From the NCBI RefSeq assembly GCF_032444005.1, contig NW_027193546.1, positions 806,001-870,000 on the forward strand: a stretch of 64,000 nt of DNA, in the 5' to 3' direction. The notes under the pieces are model-generated. The model saw only the letters and a program-made list of their open reading frames with translations. It was not told the DNA's origin and did not search any database. A program made the position numbers and the translations under genes. Position 1 is the first letter of the stretch, and each line of letters opens with the position of its first letter. Below are positions 37,201 through 52,200 of the stretch, piece by piece. The stretch comes from Ranitomeya imitator. Taxonomy: Eukaryota.

Positions 37201-40200
37201 CTCTGATCATACAGCTCTGCAAGGAGGAGGTGGTGGCTCTGATCCTACAGCTCTGCGGGGAGAATGTGGTGGCACTGATCATACAGCTCTGCGGGGAGGA
37301 GGTGGTGGCACTGATCATACAGCTCTGCGGGGAGAAGGTTTTGGCACTGATCATACAGCTCTGCGGGGAGAAGGTGGTGGCACTGATCATACGGCTGTGC
37401 GCGGAGGAGATGATTTCTCTGATCAAACAGCTCTGCAGGGAGGAGGAGGTGGTGGCACTGATCATACAGCTCTGCAGGGAGGAGATGGTGGCACTGATCA
37501 TACAGCTCTGCGGGGAGAAGGTGTTGGCACTGATCATACAGCTCTGGTGGGAGAAGGTGGTGGCACTGATCATACAGCTCTGCGGGGAGGAGGTGGTGGC
37601 AATGATCATACAGCTCTGCGGGGAGGAGAAGGTGTTGGCACTGATCATACAGCTCTGCGGGGAGAAGGTGGTGGCTCTGATCATACGGCTCTGCGCGGAG
37701 GAGGTGATTTCTCTGATCATACAGCTCTGCAGGGAGGAGGATTTGGTGGCTCTGATCATACAGCTCTGCGGAGAGAAGGTGGTGGCTCTGATCATACAGC
37801 TCTGCGGGGAGGAGAAGGTGGTGGCACTGATCGTACAGCTCTGCGGGGAGGAGGTGGTGGCACTGATCATACAGCTCTGCGGGGAGGAGGTGGTGGCTCT
37901 GATCATACAGCTCTGCGGGGAGGAGGTGGTGGCACTGATCATACAGCTGTGCGGGGAGGAGGTGATTTCTCTGATCATACGGCTCTGCGCGGAGGAGGTG
38001 ATTTATCTGATCATACAGCTCTGCAGGGAGGAGGAGGTTATGGCTCTGATCATACAGCTCTGAGGGGAGTAGGTGGTGGCTCTGATCATACAGCTCTGCG
38101 GGGAGAGGATGGTGGCACTGATCATACAGCTCTGCGGGGAGGAGGTGATGGCTCTGATCCTACAGCTCTGCGGGGAGAATGTGGTGGCTCTGATCATACA
38201 GCTCTGCGGGGAGAAGGTGGTGGCACTGATCATACAGCTCTCCGGGGAGGAGGTGATTTCTCTGATCATACAGCTCTGCAGGGAGGAGGTGGTGGCTCTG
38301 ATCATACAGCTCTGCGGGGAGGAGGTGGTGGCTCTGATCATGCAGCTCTGCGGGGAGGAGGTGGTGGCACTGATCATACAGCTGTGCGGGGAGGAGGTGG
38401 TGGCACTGATCATACAGCTCTGCGGGAGAGGGTGGTGGCACTGATCATACAGCTCTGCGGGAGAGGGTGGTGGCACTGATCATACAGCTCTGCGGGGAGA
38501 GGGTGGTGGCTCTGATCATACAGCTCTGCGGGGAGGAGGTGGTGGCTCTGATCATACAGCTCTGCGGGGTGGAGGTGATTTCTCTGATCATACAGCTCTG
38601 CGGGGTGGAGGTGGTGTCACTGATTATATAGCTCTGCGGGGAGGAAGTGGTGGCTCTGATCATACAGCTCTGCGGGGGAGAAGGTGGTGGCACTGATCAT
38701 ACAGCTCTGCGGGGTGGAGGTGATTTCTCTGATCATACAGCTCTGCAGGGAGGAGTAGGTGGTGGCACTGATGATACAGCTCTGCGGGGAGGAGGTGGTG
38801 GCACTGATCATACAGCTCTGCGGGAGAGGGTGGTGGCACTGATCATACAGCTCTGCGGGGAGTGGTGGTGGCACTGATCATACAGCTCTGCGGGGAGAAG
38901 GTGGTGGCTCTGATCATACGGCTCTGCGCGGAGGAGGTGATTTCTCTGATCATACAGCTCTGCAGGGAGGAGGAGGTGGTGGCTCTGATCATACAGCTCT
39001 GCGGGGAGAAGGTGGTGGCTCTGATCATACAGCTCTGCGGGGAGGAGAAGGTGGTGGCACTGATCGTACAGCTCTGCGGGGAGGAGGTGGTGGCACTGAT
39101 CATACAGCTCTGCAGGGAGGAGGTGGTGGCACTGATCATACAGCTCTGCGGGGAGAAGGTGGTGGCTCTGATCATACAGCTCTGCGGGGAGGAGAAGGTG
39201 GTGGCACTGATCGTACAGCTCTGCGGGGAGGAGGTGGTGGCACTGATCATACAGCTCTGCAGGGAGGTGGTGGTGGCACTGATCATACAGCTCTGCGGGG
39301 AGAAGGTGTTGGCACTGATCATACAGCTCTCCGGGGAGGAGGTGATTTCTCTGATCATACAGCTCTGCAAGGAGGAGGTGGTGGCTCTGATCATACAGCT
39401 CTGCGGGGAGAGGGTGGTGGCACTGATCATACAGCTCTGCGGGGAGGAGGTGATGGCTCTGATCCTACAGCTCTGCGGGGAGAATGTGGTGGCACTGATC
39501 ATACAGCTCTGCGGGGAGGAGGTGGTGGCACTGATCATACAGCTCTGCGGGGAGAAGGTTTTGGCACTGATCATACAGCTCTGCGGGGAGAAGGTGGTGG
39601 CACTGATCATACGGCTGTGCGCGGAGGAGATGATTTCTCTGATCAAACAGCTCTGCAGGGAGGAGGAGGTGGTGGCACTGATCATACAGCTCTGCAGGGA
39701 GGAGATGGTGGCACTGATCATACAGCTCTGCGGGGAGAAGGTGTTGGCACTGATCATACAGCTCTGGGGGGAGAAGGTGGTGGCACTGATCATACAGCTC
39801 TGCGGGGAGGAGGTGGTGGCAATGATCATACAGCTCTGCGGGGAGAAGGTGGTGGCTCTGATCATACAGCTCTGCGGGGAGGAGAAGGTGTTGGCACTGA
39901 TCATACAGCTCTGCGGGGAGAAGGTGGTGGCTCTGATCATACGGCTCTGCGCGGAGGAGGTGATTTCTCTGATCATACAGCTCTGCAGGGAGGAGGATTT
40001 GGTGGCTCTGATCATACAGCTCTGCGGAGAGAAGGTGGTGGCACTGATCATACAGCTCTGCGGGGAGGAGAAGGTGGTGGCACTGATCGTACAGCTCTGC
40101 GGAGAGGAGGTGGTGGCACTGATCATACAGCTCTGCGGGGAGGAGGTGGTGGCTCTGATCATACAGCTCTGCGGGGAGGAGGTGGTGGCACTGATCATAC

Positions 40201-43200
40201 AGCTGTGCGGGGAGGAGGTGATTTCTCTGATCATACGGCTCTGCGCGGAGGAGGTGATTTCTCTGATCATACAGCTCTGCAGGGAGGAGGAGGTTATGGC
40301 TCTGATCATACAGCTCTGAGGGGAGTAGGTGGTGGCTCTGATCATACAGCTCTGCGGGGAGAGGCTGGTGGCACTGATCATACAGCTCTGCGGGGAGGAG
40401 GTGATGGCTCTGATCCTACAGCTCTGCGGGGAGAATGTGGTGGCTCTGATCATACAGCTCTGCGGGGAGAAGGTGGTGGCACTGATCATACAGCTCTCCG
40501 GGGAGGAGGTGATTTCTCTGATCATACAGCTCTGCAGGGAGGAGGTGGTGGCTCTGATCATACAGCTCTGCGGGGAGGAGGTGGTGGCTCTGATCATGCA
40601 GCTCTGCGGGGAGGAGGTGGTGGCACTGATCATACAGCTGTGCGGGGAGGAGGTGGTGGCACTGATCATACAGCTCTGCGGGGAGGAGGTGGTGGCTCTG
40701 ATCATACAGCTCTGCGGGTAGGAGGTGGTGGCTCTGATCATACAGCTCTGCGGGGAGAGGGTGGTGGCACTGATCATACAGCTCTGCGGGGAGGAGGTGG
40801 TGGCACTGATCATACAGCTCTGCGGGGAGGAGGTGGTGGCACTGATCATACAGCTCTGCGGGGAGAGGGTGGTGGTACTGATCATACAGTTCTGCGTGGA
40901 GGAGGAGGTGGCACTGATCATACAGCTCTGCGGGGAGAAAGTGGTGGCACTGATCATACAGCTCTGCAGGGAGAGGGTGGTGGCACTGATCATACAGCTC
41001 TGCGGGGAGAGGTGGTGGCACTGATCATACAGCTCTGCGGGAGAGGGTGGTGGCACTGATCATACAGCTCTGCGGGGAGAGGGTGGTGGCTCTGATCATA
41101 CAGCTCTGCGGGGAGGAAGTGGTGGCTCTGATCATACAGCTCTGCGGGGTGGAGGTGATTTATCTGATCATACAGCTCTGCGGGGTGGAGGTGCTGGCAC
41201 TGATTATATAGCTCTGCGGGGAGGAAGTGGTGGCTCTGATCATACAGCTCTGCGGGGGAGAAGGTGGTGGCACTGATCATACAGCTCTGCGGGGTGGAGG
41301 TGATTTCTCTGATCATACAGCTCTGCAGGGAGGAGTAGGTGGTGGCACTGATGATACAGCTCTGCGGGGAGGAGGTGGTGGCACTGATCATACAGCTCTG
41401 CGGGAGAGGGTGGTGGCACTGATCATACAGCTCTGCGGGGAGTGGTGGTGGCACTGATCATACAGCTCTGCGGGGAGAAGGTGGTGGCTCTGATCATACG
41501 GCTCTGCGCGGAGGAGGTGATTTCTCAGATCATACAGCTCTGCAGGGAGGAGGAGGTGGTGGCTCTGATCATACAGCTCTGCGGGGAGAAGGTGGTGGCT
41601 CTGATCATACAGCTCTGCGGGGAGGAGAAGGTGGTGGCACTGATCGTACAGCTCTGCGGGGAGGAGGTGGTGGCACTGATCATACAGCTCTGCAGGGAGG
41701 AGGTGGTGGCACTGATCATACAGCTCTGCGGGGAGAAGGTGTTGGCACTGATCATACAGCTCTCCGGGGAGGAGGTGATTTCTCTGATCATACAGCTCTG
41801 CGAGGAGGAGATGATTTCTCTGATCATACAGCTCTGCAGGGAGGAGGAGGTGGTGGCACTGATCATACAGCTCTGCAGGGAGGAGATGGTGGCACTGATC
41901 ATACAGCTCTGCGGGGAGAAGGTGTTGGCACTGATCATACAGCTCTGCGGGGAGAAGGTGGTGGCACTGATCATACAGCTCTGCGGGGAGGAGGTGGTGG
42001 CAATGATCATACAGCTCTGCGGGGAGAAGGTGGTGGCTCTGATCATACAGCTCTGCGGGGAGGAGAAGGTGTTGGCACTGATCATACAGCTGTGCGGGGA
42101 GGAGGTGATTTCTCTGATCATACAGCTCTGCAGGGAGGAGGTGGTGGCTCTGATCATACAGCTCTGCGGGGAGGAGGTGGTGGCTCTGATCATGCAGCTC
42201 TGCGGGAGAGGGTGGTGGCACTGATCATACAGCTCTGCGGGGAGTGGTGGTGGCACTGATTATACAGCTCTGCGGGGAGAGGGTGGTGGCTCTGATCATA
42301 CAGCTCTGCGGGGTGGAGGTGATATTTCTGATCATACAGCTCTGCGGGGTGGAGGTGGTGGCACTGATTATATAGCTCTGCGGGGAGGAAGTGGTGGCTC
42401 TGATCATACAGCTCTGCGGGGTGGAGGTGATTTCTCTGATCATACAGCTCTGCAGGGAGGAGTAGGTGGTGGCACTGATGATACAGCTCTGCGGGGAGGA
42501 GGTGGTGGCACTGATCATACAGCTCTGCGGGAGAGGGTGGTGGCACTGATCATACAGCTCTGCGGGGAGTGGTGGTGGCACTGATCATACAGCTCTGCGG
42601 GGAGAAGGTGGTGGCTCTGATCATACGGCTCTGCGCGGAGGAGGTGATTTATCTGATCATACAGCTCTGCAGGGAGGAGGAGGTGGTGGCTCTGATCATA
42701 CAGCTCTGCGGGGAGGAGGTAGTGGCTTTGATCATACAGCTCTGCGGGGAGGAGGTGGTGGCACTGGTCATACAGCTCTGCGGGGAGAGGGTGGTGGTAC
42801 TGATCATACAGTTCTGCGTGGAGGAGGAGGTGGCACTGATCATACAGCTCTGCGGGGAGAAAGTGGTGGCACTGATCATACAGCTCTGCAGGGAGAGGGT
42901 GGTGGCACTGATCATACAGCTCTGCGGGGAGAGGTGGTGGCACTGATCATACAGCTCTGCGGGAGAGGATGGTGGCACTGATCATACAGCTCTGCGGGAG
43001 AGGGTGGTGGCACTGATCATACAGCTCTGCGGGGAGTGGTGGTGGCACTGATTATACAGCTCTGCGGGGAGAGGGTGGTGGCTCTGATCATACAGCTCTG
43101 CGGGGAGGAGGTGGTGGCACTGATCATACAGCTGTGCGGGGAGGAGGTGGTGGCACTGATCATACAGCTCTGCGGGGAGGAGGTGGTGGCACTGATCATA

Positions 43201-46200
43201 CAGCTCTGCGGGGAGGAGGTGGTGGCACTGATCATACAGCTCTGCGGGGAGGAGGAGGTGTCACTGATCATACAGCTCTGCGGGGAGGAGGTGGTGGCAC
43301 TGATCATACAGCTCTGCGGGGAGGAGGTGGTGGCACTGATCATACAGCTCTGCGGGGAGAGGGTGGTGGTACTGATCATACAGTTCTGCGTGGAGGAGGA
43401 GGTGGCACTGATCATACAGCTCTGAGGGGAGAAAGTGGTGGCACTGATCATACAGCTCTGCAGGGAGAGGGTGGTGGCACTGATCATACAGCTCTGCGGG
43501 GAGAGGTGGTGGCACTGATCATACAGCTCTGCGGGAGAGGGTGGTGGCACTGATCATACAGCTCTGCGGGGAGAGGGTGGTGGCTCTGATCATACAGCTC
43601 TGCGGGGAGGAGGTGGTGGCTCTGATCATACAGCTCTGCGGGGTGGAGGTGATTTCTCTGATCATACAGCTCTGCGGGGTGGAGGTGGTGTCACTGATTA
43701 TATAGCTCTGCGGGGAGGAGGTGGTGGCTCTGATCATACAGCTCTGCGGGGGAGAAGGTGGTGGCACTGATCATACAGCTCTGCGGGGTGGAGGTGATTT
43801 CTCTGATCATACAGCTCTGCAGGGAGGAGTAGGTGGTGGCACTGATGATACAGCTCTGCGGGGAGGAGGTGGTGGCACTGATCATACAGCTCTGCGGGAG
43901 AGGGTGGTGGCACTGATCATACAGCTCTGCGGGGAGTGGTGGTGGCACTGATCATACAGCTCTGCGGGGAGAAGGTGGTGGCTCTGATCATACGGCTCTG
44001 CGCGGAGGAGGTGATTTCTCTGATCATACAGCTCTGCAGGGAGGAGGAGGTGGTGGCTCTGATCATACAGCTCTGCGGGGAGAAGGTGGTGGCTCTGATC
44101 ATACAGCTCTGCGGGGAGGAGAAGGTGGTGGCACTGATCGTACAGCTCTGCGGGGAGGAGGTGGTGGCACTGATCATACAGCTCTGCAGGGAGGAGGTGG
44201 TGGCACTGATCATACAGCTCTGCGGGGAGAAGGTGGTGGCACTGATCATACAGCTCTGCGGGGAGTGGTGGTGGCACTGATCATACAGCTCTGCGGGGAG
44301 AAGGTGGTGGCTTTGATCATACGGCTCTGCGCGGAGGAGGTGATTTCTCTGATCATACAGCTCTGCGGGGTGGAGGTGATTTCTCTGATCATACAGCTCT
44401 GCGGGGAGGAGGTGGTGGCACTGATCATACAGCTCTGCGGGAGAGGGTGGTGGCACTGATCATACAGCTCTGCGGGAGAGGGTGGTGGCACTGATCATAC
44501 AGCTCTGCGGGGAGAGGGTGGTGGCTCTGATCATACAGCTCTGCGGGGAGGAGGTGGTGGCTCTGATCATACAGCTCTGCGGGGTGGAGGTGATTTCTCT
44601 GATCATACAGCTCTGCGGGGTGGAGGTGGTGTCACTGATTATATAGCTCTGCGGGGAGGAAGTGGTGGCTCTGATCATACAGCTCTGCGGGGGAGAAGGT
44701 GGTGGCACTGATCATACAGCTCTGCGGGGTGGAGGTGATTTCTCTGATCATACAGCTCTGCAGGGAGGAGTAGGTGGTGGCACTGATGATACAGCTCTGC
44801 GGGGAGGAGGTGGTGGCACTGATCATACAGCTCTGCGGGAGAGGGTGGTGGCACTGATCATACAGCTCTGCGGGGAGTGGTGGTGGCACTGATCATACAG
44901 CTCTGCGGGGAGAAGGTGGTGGCTCTGATCATACGGCTCTGCGCGGAGGAGGTGATTTCTCTGATCATACAGCTCTGCAGGGAGGAGGAGGTGGTGGCTC
45001 TGATCATACAGCTCTGCGGGGAGAAGGTGGTGGCTCTGATCATACAGCTCTGCGGGGAGGAGAAGGTGGTGGCACTGATCGTACAGCTCTGCGGGGAGGA
45101 GGTGGTGGCACTGATCATACAGCTCTGCAGGGAGGAGGTGGTGGCACTGGTCATACAGCTCTGCGGGGAGAGGGTGGTGGTACTGATCATACAGTTCTGC
45201 GTGGAGGAGGAGGTGGCACTGATCATACAGCTCTGCGGGGAGAAAGTGGTGGCACTGATCATACAGCTCTGCAGGGAGAGGGTGGTGGCACTGATCATAC
45301 AGCTCTGCGGGGAGAGGTGGTGGCACTGATCATACAGCTCTGCGGGAGAGGATGGTGGCACTGATCATACAGCTCTGCGGGAGAGGGTGGTGGCACTGAT
45401 CATACAGCTCTGCGGGGAGTGGTGGTGGCACTGATTATACAGCTCTGCGGGGAGAGGGTGGTGGCTCTGATCATACAGCTCTGCGGGGTGGAGGTGATTT
45501 CTCTGATCATACAGCTCTGCAGGGAGGAGTAGGTGGTGGCACTGATGATACAGCTCTGCGGGGAGGAGGTGGTGGCACTGATCATACAGCTCTGCGGGAG
45601 AGGGTGGTGGCACTGATCATACAGCTCTGCGGGGAGTGGTGGTGGCACTGATCATACAGCTCTGCGGGGAGAAGGTGGTGGCTCTGATCATACGGCTCTG
45701 CGCGGAGGAGGTGATTTCTCTGATCATACAGCTCTGCAGGGAGGAGGAGGTGGTGGCTCTGATCATACAGCTCTGCGGGGAGAAGGTGGTGGCTCTGATC
45801 ATACAGCTCTGCGGGGAGGAGAAGGTGGTGGCACTGATCGTACAGCTCTGCGGGGAGGAGGTGGTGGCACTGATCATACAGCTCTGCAGGGAGGAGGTGG
45901 TGGCACTGATCATACAGCTCTGCGGGGAGAAGGTGGTGGCTCTGATCATACAGCTCTGCGGGGAGGAGAAGGTGGTGGCACTGATCGTACAGCTCTGCGG
46001 GGAGGAGGTGGTGGCACTGATCATACAGCTCTGCAGGGAGGAGGTGGTGGCACTGATCATACAGCTCTGCGGGGAGAAGGTGTTGGCACTGATCATACAG
46101 CTCTCCGGGGAGGAGGTGATTTCTCTGATCATACAGCTCTGCAAGGAGGAGGTGGTGGCTCTGATCATACAGCTCTGCGGGGAGAGGGTGGTGGCACTGA

Positions 46201-49200
46201 TCATACAGCTCTGCGGGGAGGAGGTGATGGCTCTGATCCTACAGCTCTGCGGGGAGAATGTGGTGGCACTGATCATACAGCTCTGCGGGGAGGAGGTGGT
46301 GGCACTGATCATACAGCTCTGCGGGGAGAAGGTTTTGGCACTGATCATACAGCTCTGCGGGGAGAAGGTGGTGGCACTGATCATACGGCTGTGCGCGGAG
46401 GAGATGATTTCTCTGATCAAACAGCTCTGCAGGGAGGAGGAGGTGGTGGCACTGATCATACAGCTCTGCAGGGAGGAGATGGTGGCACTGATCATACAGC
46501 TCTGCGGGGAGAAGGTGTTGGCACTGATCATACAGCTCTGGGGGGAGAAGGTGGTGGCACTGATCATACAGCTCTGCGGGGAGGAGGTGGTGGCAATGAT
46601 CATACAGCTCTGCGGGGAGAAGGTGGTGGCTCTGATCATACAGCTCTGCGGGGAGGAGAAGGTGTTGGCACTGATCATACAGCTCTGCGGGGAGAAGGTG
46701 GTGGCTCTGATCATACGGCTCTGCGCGGAGGAGGTGATTTCTCTGATCATACAGCTCTGCAGGGAGGAGGATTTGGTGGCTCTGATCATACAGCTCTGCG
46801 GAGAGAAGGTGGTGGCTCTGATCATACAGCTCTGCGGGGAGGAGAAGGTGGTGGCACTGATCGTACAGCTCTGCGGGGAGGAGGTGGTGGCACTGATCAT
46901 ACAGCTCTGCGGGGAGGAGGTGGTGGCTCTGATCATACAGCTCTGCGGGGAGGAGGTGGTGGCACTGATCATACAGCTGTGCGGGGAGGAGGTGATTTCT
47001 CTGATCATACGGCTCTGCGCGGAGGAGGTGATTTCTCTGATCATACAGCTCTGCAGGGAGGAGGAGGTTATGGCTCTGATCATACAGCTCTGAGGGGAGT
47101 AGGTGGTGGCTCTGATCATACAGCTCTGCGGGGAGAGGATGGTGGCACTGATCATACAGCTCTGCGGGGAGGAGGTGATGGCTCTGATCCTACAGCTCTG
47201 CGGGGAGAATGTGGTGGCTCTGATCATACAGCTCTGCGGGGAGAAGGTGGTGGCACTGATCATACAGCTCTCCGGGGAGGAGGTGATTTCTCTGATCATA
47301 CAGCTCTGCAGGGAGGAGGTGGTGGCTCTGATCATACAGCTCTGCGGGGAGGAGGTGGTGGCTCTGATCATGCAGCTCTGCGGGGAGGAGGTGGTGGCAC
47401 TGATCATACAGCTGTGCGGGGAGGAGGTGGTGGCACTGATCATACAGCTCTGCGGGGAGGAGGTGGTGGCTCTGATCATACAGCTCTGCGGGTAGGAGGT
47501 GGTGGCTCTGATCATACAGCTCTGCGGGGAGAGGGTGGTGGCACTGATCATACAGCTCTGCGGGGAGGAGGTGATTTCTCTGATCATACAGCTCTGCAGG
47601 GAGCAGGTGGTGGCTCTGATCATACAGCTCTGCGGGGAGGAGGTGGTGGCTCTGATCATACAGCTCTGCGGGGAGGAGGAGGTGGCACTGATCATACAGC
47701 TCTGCGGGGAGGAGGTGGTGGCACTGATCATACAGCTCTGCGGGGAGGAGGTGGTGGCACTGATCATACAGCTCTGCGGGGAGGAGGTGGTGGCACTGAT
47801 CATACAGCTCTGCGGGGAGGAGGAGGTGGCACTGATCATACAGCTCTGCGGGGAGGAGGTGGTGGCACTGATCATACAGCTCTGCGGGGAGGAGGTGGTG
47901 GCACTGATCATACAGCTCTGCGGGGAGAGGGTGGTGGTACTGATCATACAGTTCTGCGTGGAGGAGGAGGTGGCACTGATCATACAGCTCTGCGGGGAGA
48001 AAGTGGTGGCACTGATCATACAGCTCTGCAGGGAGAGGGTGGTGGCACTGATCATACAGCTCTGCGGGGAGAGGTGGTGGCACTGATCATACAGCTCTGC
48101 GGGAGAGGGTGGTGGCACTGATCATACAGCTCTGCGGGGAGAGGGTGGTGGCTCTGATCATACAGCTCTGCGGGGAGGAAGTGGTGGCTCTGATCATACA
48201 GCTCTGCGGGGTGGAGGTGATTTCTCTGATCATACAGCTCTGCGGGGTGGAGGTGCTGGCACTGATTATATAGCTCTGCGGGGAGGAAGTGGTGGCTCTG
48301 ATCATACAGCTCTGCGGGGGAGAAGGTGGTGGCACTGATCATACAGCTCTGCGGGGTGGAGGTGATTTCTCTGATCATACAGCTCTGCAGGGAGGAGTAG
48401 GTGGTGGCACTGATGATACAGCTCTGCGGGGAGGAGGTGGTGGCACTGATCATACAGCTCTGCGGGAGAGGGTGGTGGCACTGATCATACAGCTCTGCGG
48501 GGAGTGGTGGTGGCACTGATCATACAGCTCTGCGGGGAGAAGGTGGTGGCTCTGATCATACGGCTCTGCGCGGAGGAGGTGATTTCTCAGATCATACAGC
48601 TCTTCAGGGAGGAGGAGGTGGTGGCTCTGATCATACAGCTCTGCGGGGAGAAGGTGGTGGCTCTGATCATACAGCTCTGCGGGGAGGAGAAGGTGGTGGC
48701 ACTGATCGTACAGCTCTGCGGGGAGAAGGTGGTGGCACTGATCATACAGCTCTGCAGGGAGGAGGTGGTGGCACTGATCATACAGCTCTGCGGGGAGAAG
48801 GTGTTGGCACTGATCATACAGCTCTGCGGGGAGTGGTGGTGGCACTGATCATACAGCTCTGCGGGGAGAGGGTGGTGGCTCTGATCATACAGCTCTGCGG
48901 GGAGGAAGTGGTGGCTCTGATCATACAGCTCTGCGGGGTGGAGGTGATTTCTCTGATCATACAGCTCTGCGGGGTGGAGGTGCTGGCACTGATTATATAG
49001 CTCTGCGGGGAGGAAGTGGTGGCTCTGATCATACAGCTCTGCGGGGGAGAAGGTGGTGGCACTGATCATACAGCTCTGCGGGGTGGAGGTGATTTCTCTG
49101 ATCATACAGCTCTGCAGGGAGGAGTAGGTGGTGGCACTGATGATACAGCTCTGCGGGGAGGAGGTGGTGGCACTGATCATACAGCTCTGCGGGAGAGGGT

Positions 49201-52200
49201 GGTGGCACTGATCATACAGCTCTGCGGGGAGTGGTGGTGGCACTGATCATACAGCTCTGCGGGGAGAAGGTGGTGGCTCTGATCATACGGCTCTGCGCGG
49301 AGGAGGTGATTTCTCAGATCATACAGCTCTTCAGGGAGGAGGAGGTGGTGGCTCTGATCATACAGCTCTGCGGGGAGAAGGTGGTGGCTCTGATCATACA
49401 GCTCTGCGGGGAGGAGAAGGTGGTGGCACTGATCGTACAGCTCTGCGGGGAGAAGGTGGTGGCACTGATCATACAGCTCTGCAGGGAGGAGGTGGTGGCA
49501 CTGATCATACAGCTCTGCGGGGAGAAGGTGTTGGCACTGATCATACAGATATCCGGGTAGGAGGTGATTTCTCTGATCATACAGCTCTGCGAGCAGGAGA
49601 TGATTTCTCTGATCATACAGCTCTGCAGGGAGGAGGAGGTGGTGGCACTGATCATACAGCTCTGCGGGGAGGAGGTGGTGGCTCTGATCATACAGCTCTG
49701 CGGGTAGGAGGTGGTGGCTCTGATCATACAGCTCTGCGGGGAGAGGGTGGTGGCACTGATCATACAGCTCTGCGGGGAGGAGGTGATTTCTCTGATCATA
49801 CAGCTCTGCAGGGAGCAGGTGGTGGCTCTGATCATACAGCTCTGCGGGGAGGAGGTGGTGGCTCTGATCATACAGCTCTGCGGGGAGGAGGAGGTGGCAC
49901 TGATCATACAGCTCTGCGGGGAGGAGGTGGTGGCACTGATCATACAGCTCTGCGGGGAGGAGGTGGTGGCACTGATCATACAGCTCTGCGGGGAGGAGGT
50001 GGTGGCACTGATCATACAGCTCTGCGGGGAGGAGGAGGTGGCACTGATCATACAGCTCTGCGGGGAGGAGGTGGTGGCACTGATCATACAGCTCTGCGGG
50101 GAGGAGGTGGTGGCACTGATCATACAGCTCTGCGGGGAGAGGGTGGTGGTACTGATCATACAGTTCTGCGTGGAGGAGGAGGTGGCACTGATCATACAGC
50201 TCTGCGGGGAGAAAGTGGTGGCACTGATCATACAGCTCTGCAGGGAGAGGGTGGTGGCACTGATCATACAGCTCTGCGGGGAGAGGTGGTGGCACTGATC
50301 ATACAGCTCTGCGGGAGAGGGTGGTGGCACTGATCATACAGCTCTGCGGGGAGAGGGTGGTGGCTCTGATCATACAGCTCTGCGGGGAGGAAGTGGTGGC
50401 TCTGATCATACAGCTCTGCGGGGTGGAGGTGATTTCTCTGATCATACAGCTCTGCGGGGTGGAGGTGCTGGCACTGATTATATAGCTCTGCGGGGAGGAA
50501 GTGGTGGCTCTGATCATACAGCTCTGCGGGGGAGAAGGTGGTGGCACTGATCATACAGCTCTGCGGGGTGGAGGTGATTTCTCTGATCATACAGCTCTGC
50601 AGGGAGGAGTAGGTGGTGGCACTGATGATACAGCTCTGCGGGGAGGAGGTGGTGGCACTGATCATACAGCTCTGCGGGAGAGGGTGGTGGCACTGATCAT
50701 ACAGCTCTGCGGGGAGTGGTCGTGGCACTGATCATACAGCTCTGCGGGGAGAAGGTGGTGGCTCTGATCATACGGCTCTGCGCGGAGGAGGTGATTTCTC
50801 AGATCATACAGCTCTGCAGGGAGGAGGAGGTGGTGGCTCTGATCATACAGCTCTGCGGGGAGAAGGTGGTGGCTCTGATCATACAGCTCTGCGGGGAGGA
50901 GAAGGTGGTGGCACTGATCGTACAGCTCTGCGGGGAGGAGGTGGTGGCACTGATCATACACCTCTGCAGGGAGGAGGTGGTGGCACTGATCATACAGCTC
51001 TGCGGGGAGAAGGTGTTGGCACTGATCATACAGATATCCGGGGAGGAGGTGATTTCTCTGATCATACAGCTCTGCGAGGAGGAGATGATTTCTCTGATCA
51101 TACAGCTCTGCAGGGAGGAGGAGGTGGTGGCACTGATCATACAGCTCTGCAGGGAGGAGATGGTGGCACTGATTATACAGCTCTGCGGGGAGAAGGTGTT
51201 GGCACTGATCATACAGCTCTGCGGGGAGAAGGTGGTGGCACTAATCATACAGCTCTGCGGGGAGGAGGTGGTGGCAATGATCATACAGCTCTGCGGGGAG
51301 AAGGTGGTGGCTCTGATCATACAGCTCTGCGGGGAGGAGAAGGTGTTGGCACTGATCATACAGCTGTGCGGGGAGGAGGTGATTTCTCTGATCATACAGC
51401 TCTGCAGGGAGGAGGTGGTGGCTCTGATCATACAGCTCTGCGGGGAGGAGGTGGTGGCTTTGATCATGCAGCTCTGCGGGAGAGGGTGGTGGCACTGATC
51501 ATACAGCTCTGCGGGGAGTGGTGGTGGCACTGATTATACAGCTCTGCGGGGAGAGGGTGGTGGCTCTGATCATACAGCTCTGCGGGGTGGAGGTGATATT
51601 TCTGATCATACAGCTCTGCGGGGTGGAGGTGGTGGCACTGATTATATAGCTCTGCGGGGAGGAAGTGGTGGCTCTGATCATACAGCTCTGCGGGGGAGAA
51701 GGTGGTGGCACTGATCATACAGCTCTGCGGGGTGGAGGTGATTTCTCTGATCATACAGCTCTGCAGGGAGGAGTAGGTGGTGGCACTGATGATACAGCTC
51801 TGCGGGGAGGAGGTGGTGGCACTGATCATACAGCTCTGCGGGAGAGGGTGGTGGCACTGATCATACAGCTCTGCGGGGAGTGGTGGTGGCACTGATCATA
51901 CAGCTCTGCGGGGAGAAGGTGGTGGCTCTGATCATACGGCTCTGCGCGGAGGAGGTGATTTATCTGATCATACAGCTCTGGAGGGAGGAGGAGGTGGTGG
52001 CTCTGATCATACAGCTCTGCGGGGAGAAGGTGGTGGCTCTGATCATACAGCTCTGCAGGGAGGAGGAGGTGGTGGCACTGATGATACAGCTCTGCGGGGA
52101 TGAGGTAGTGGCTTTGATCATACAGCTCTGCGGGGAGGAGGTGGTGGCACTGGTCATACAGCTCTGCGGGGAGAGGGTGGTGGTACTGATCATACAGTTC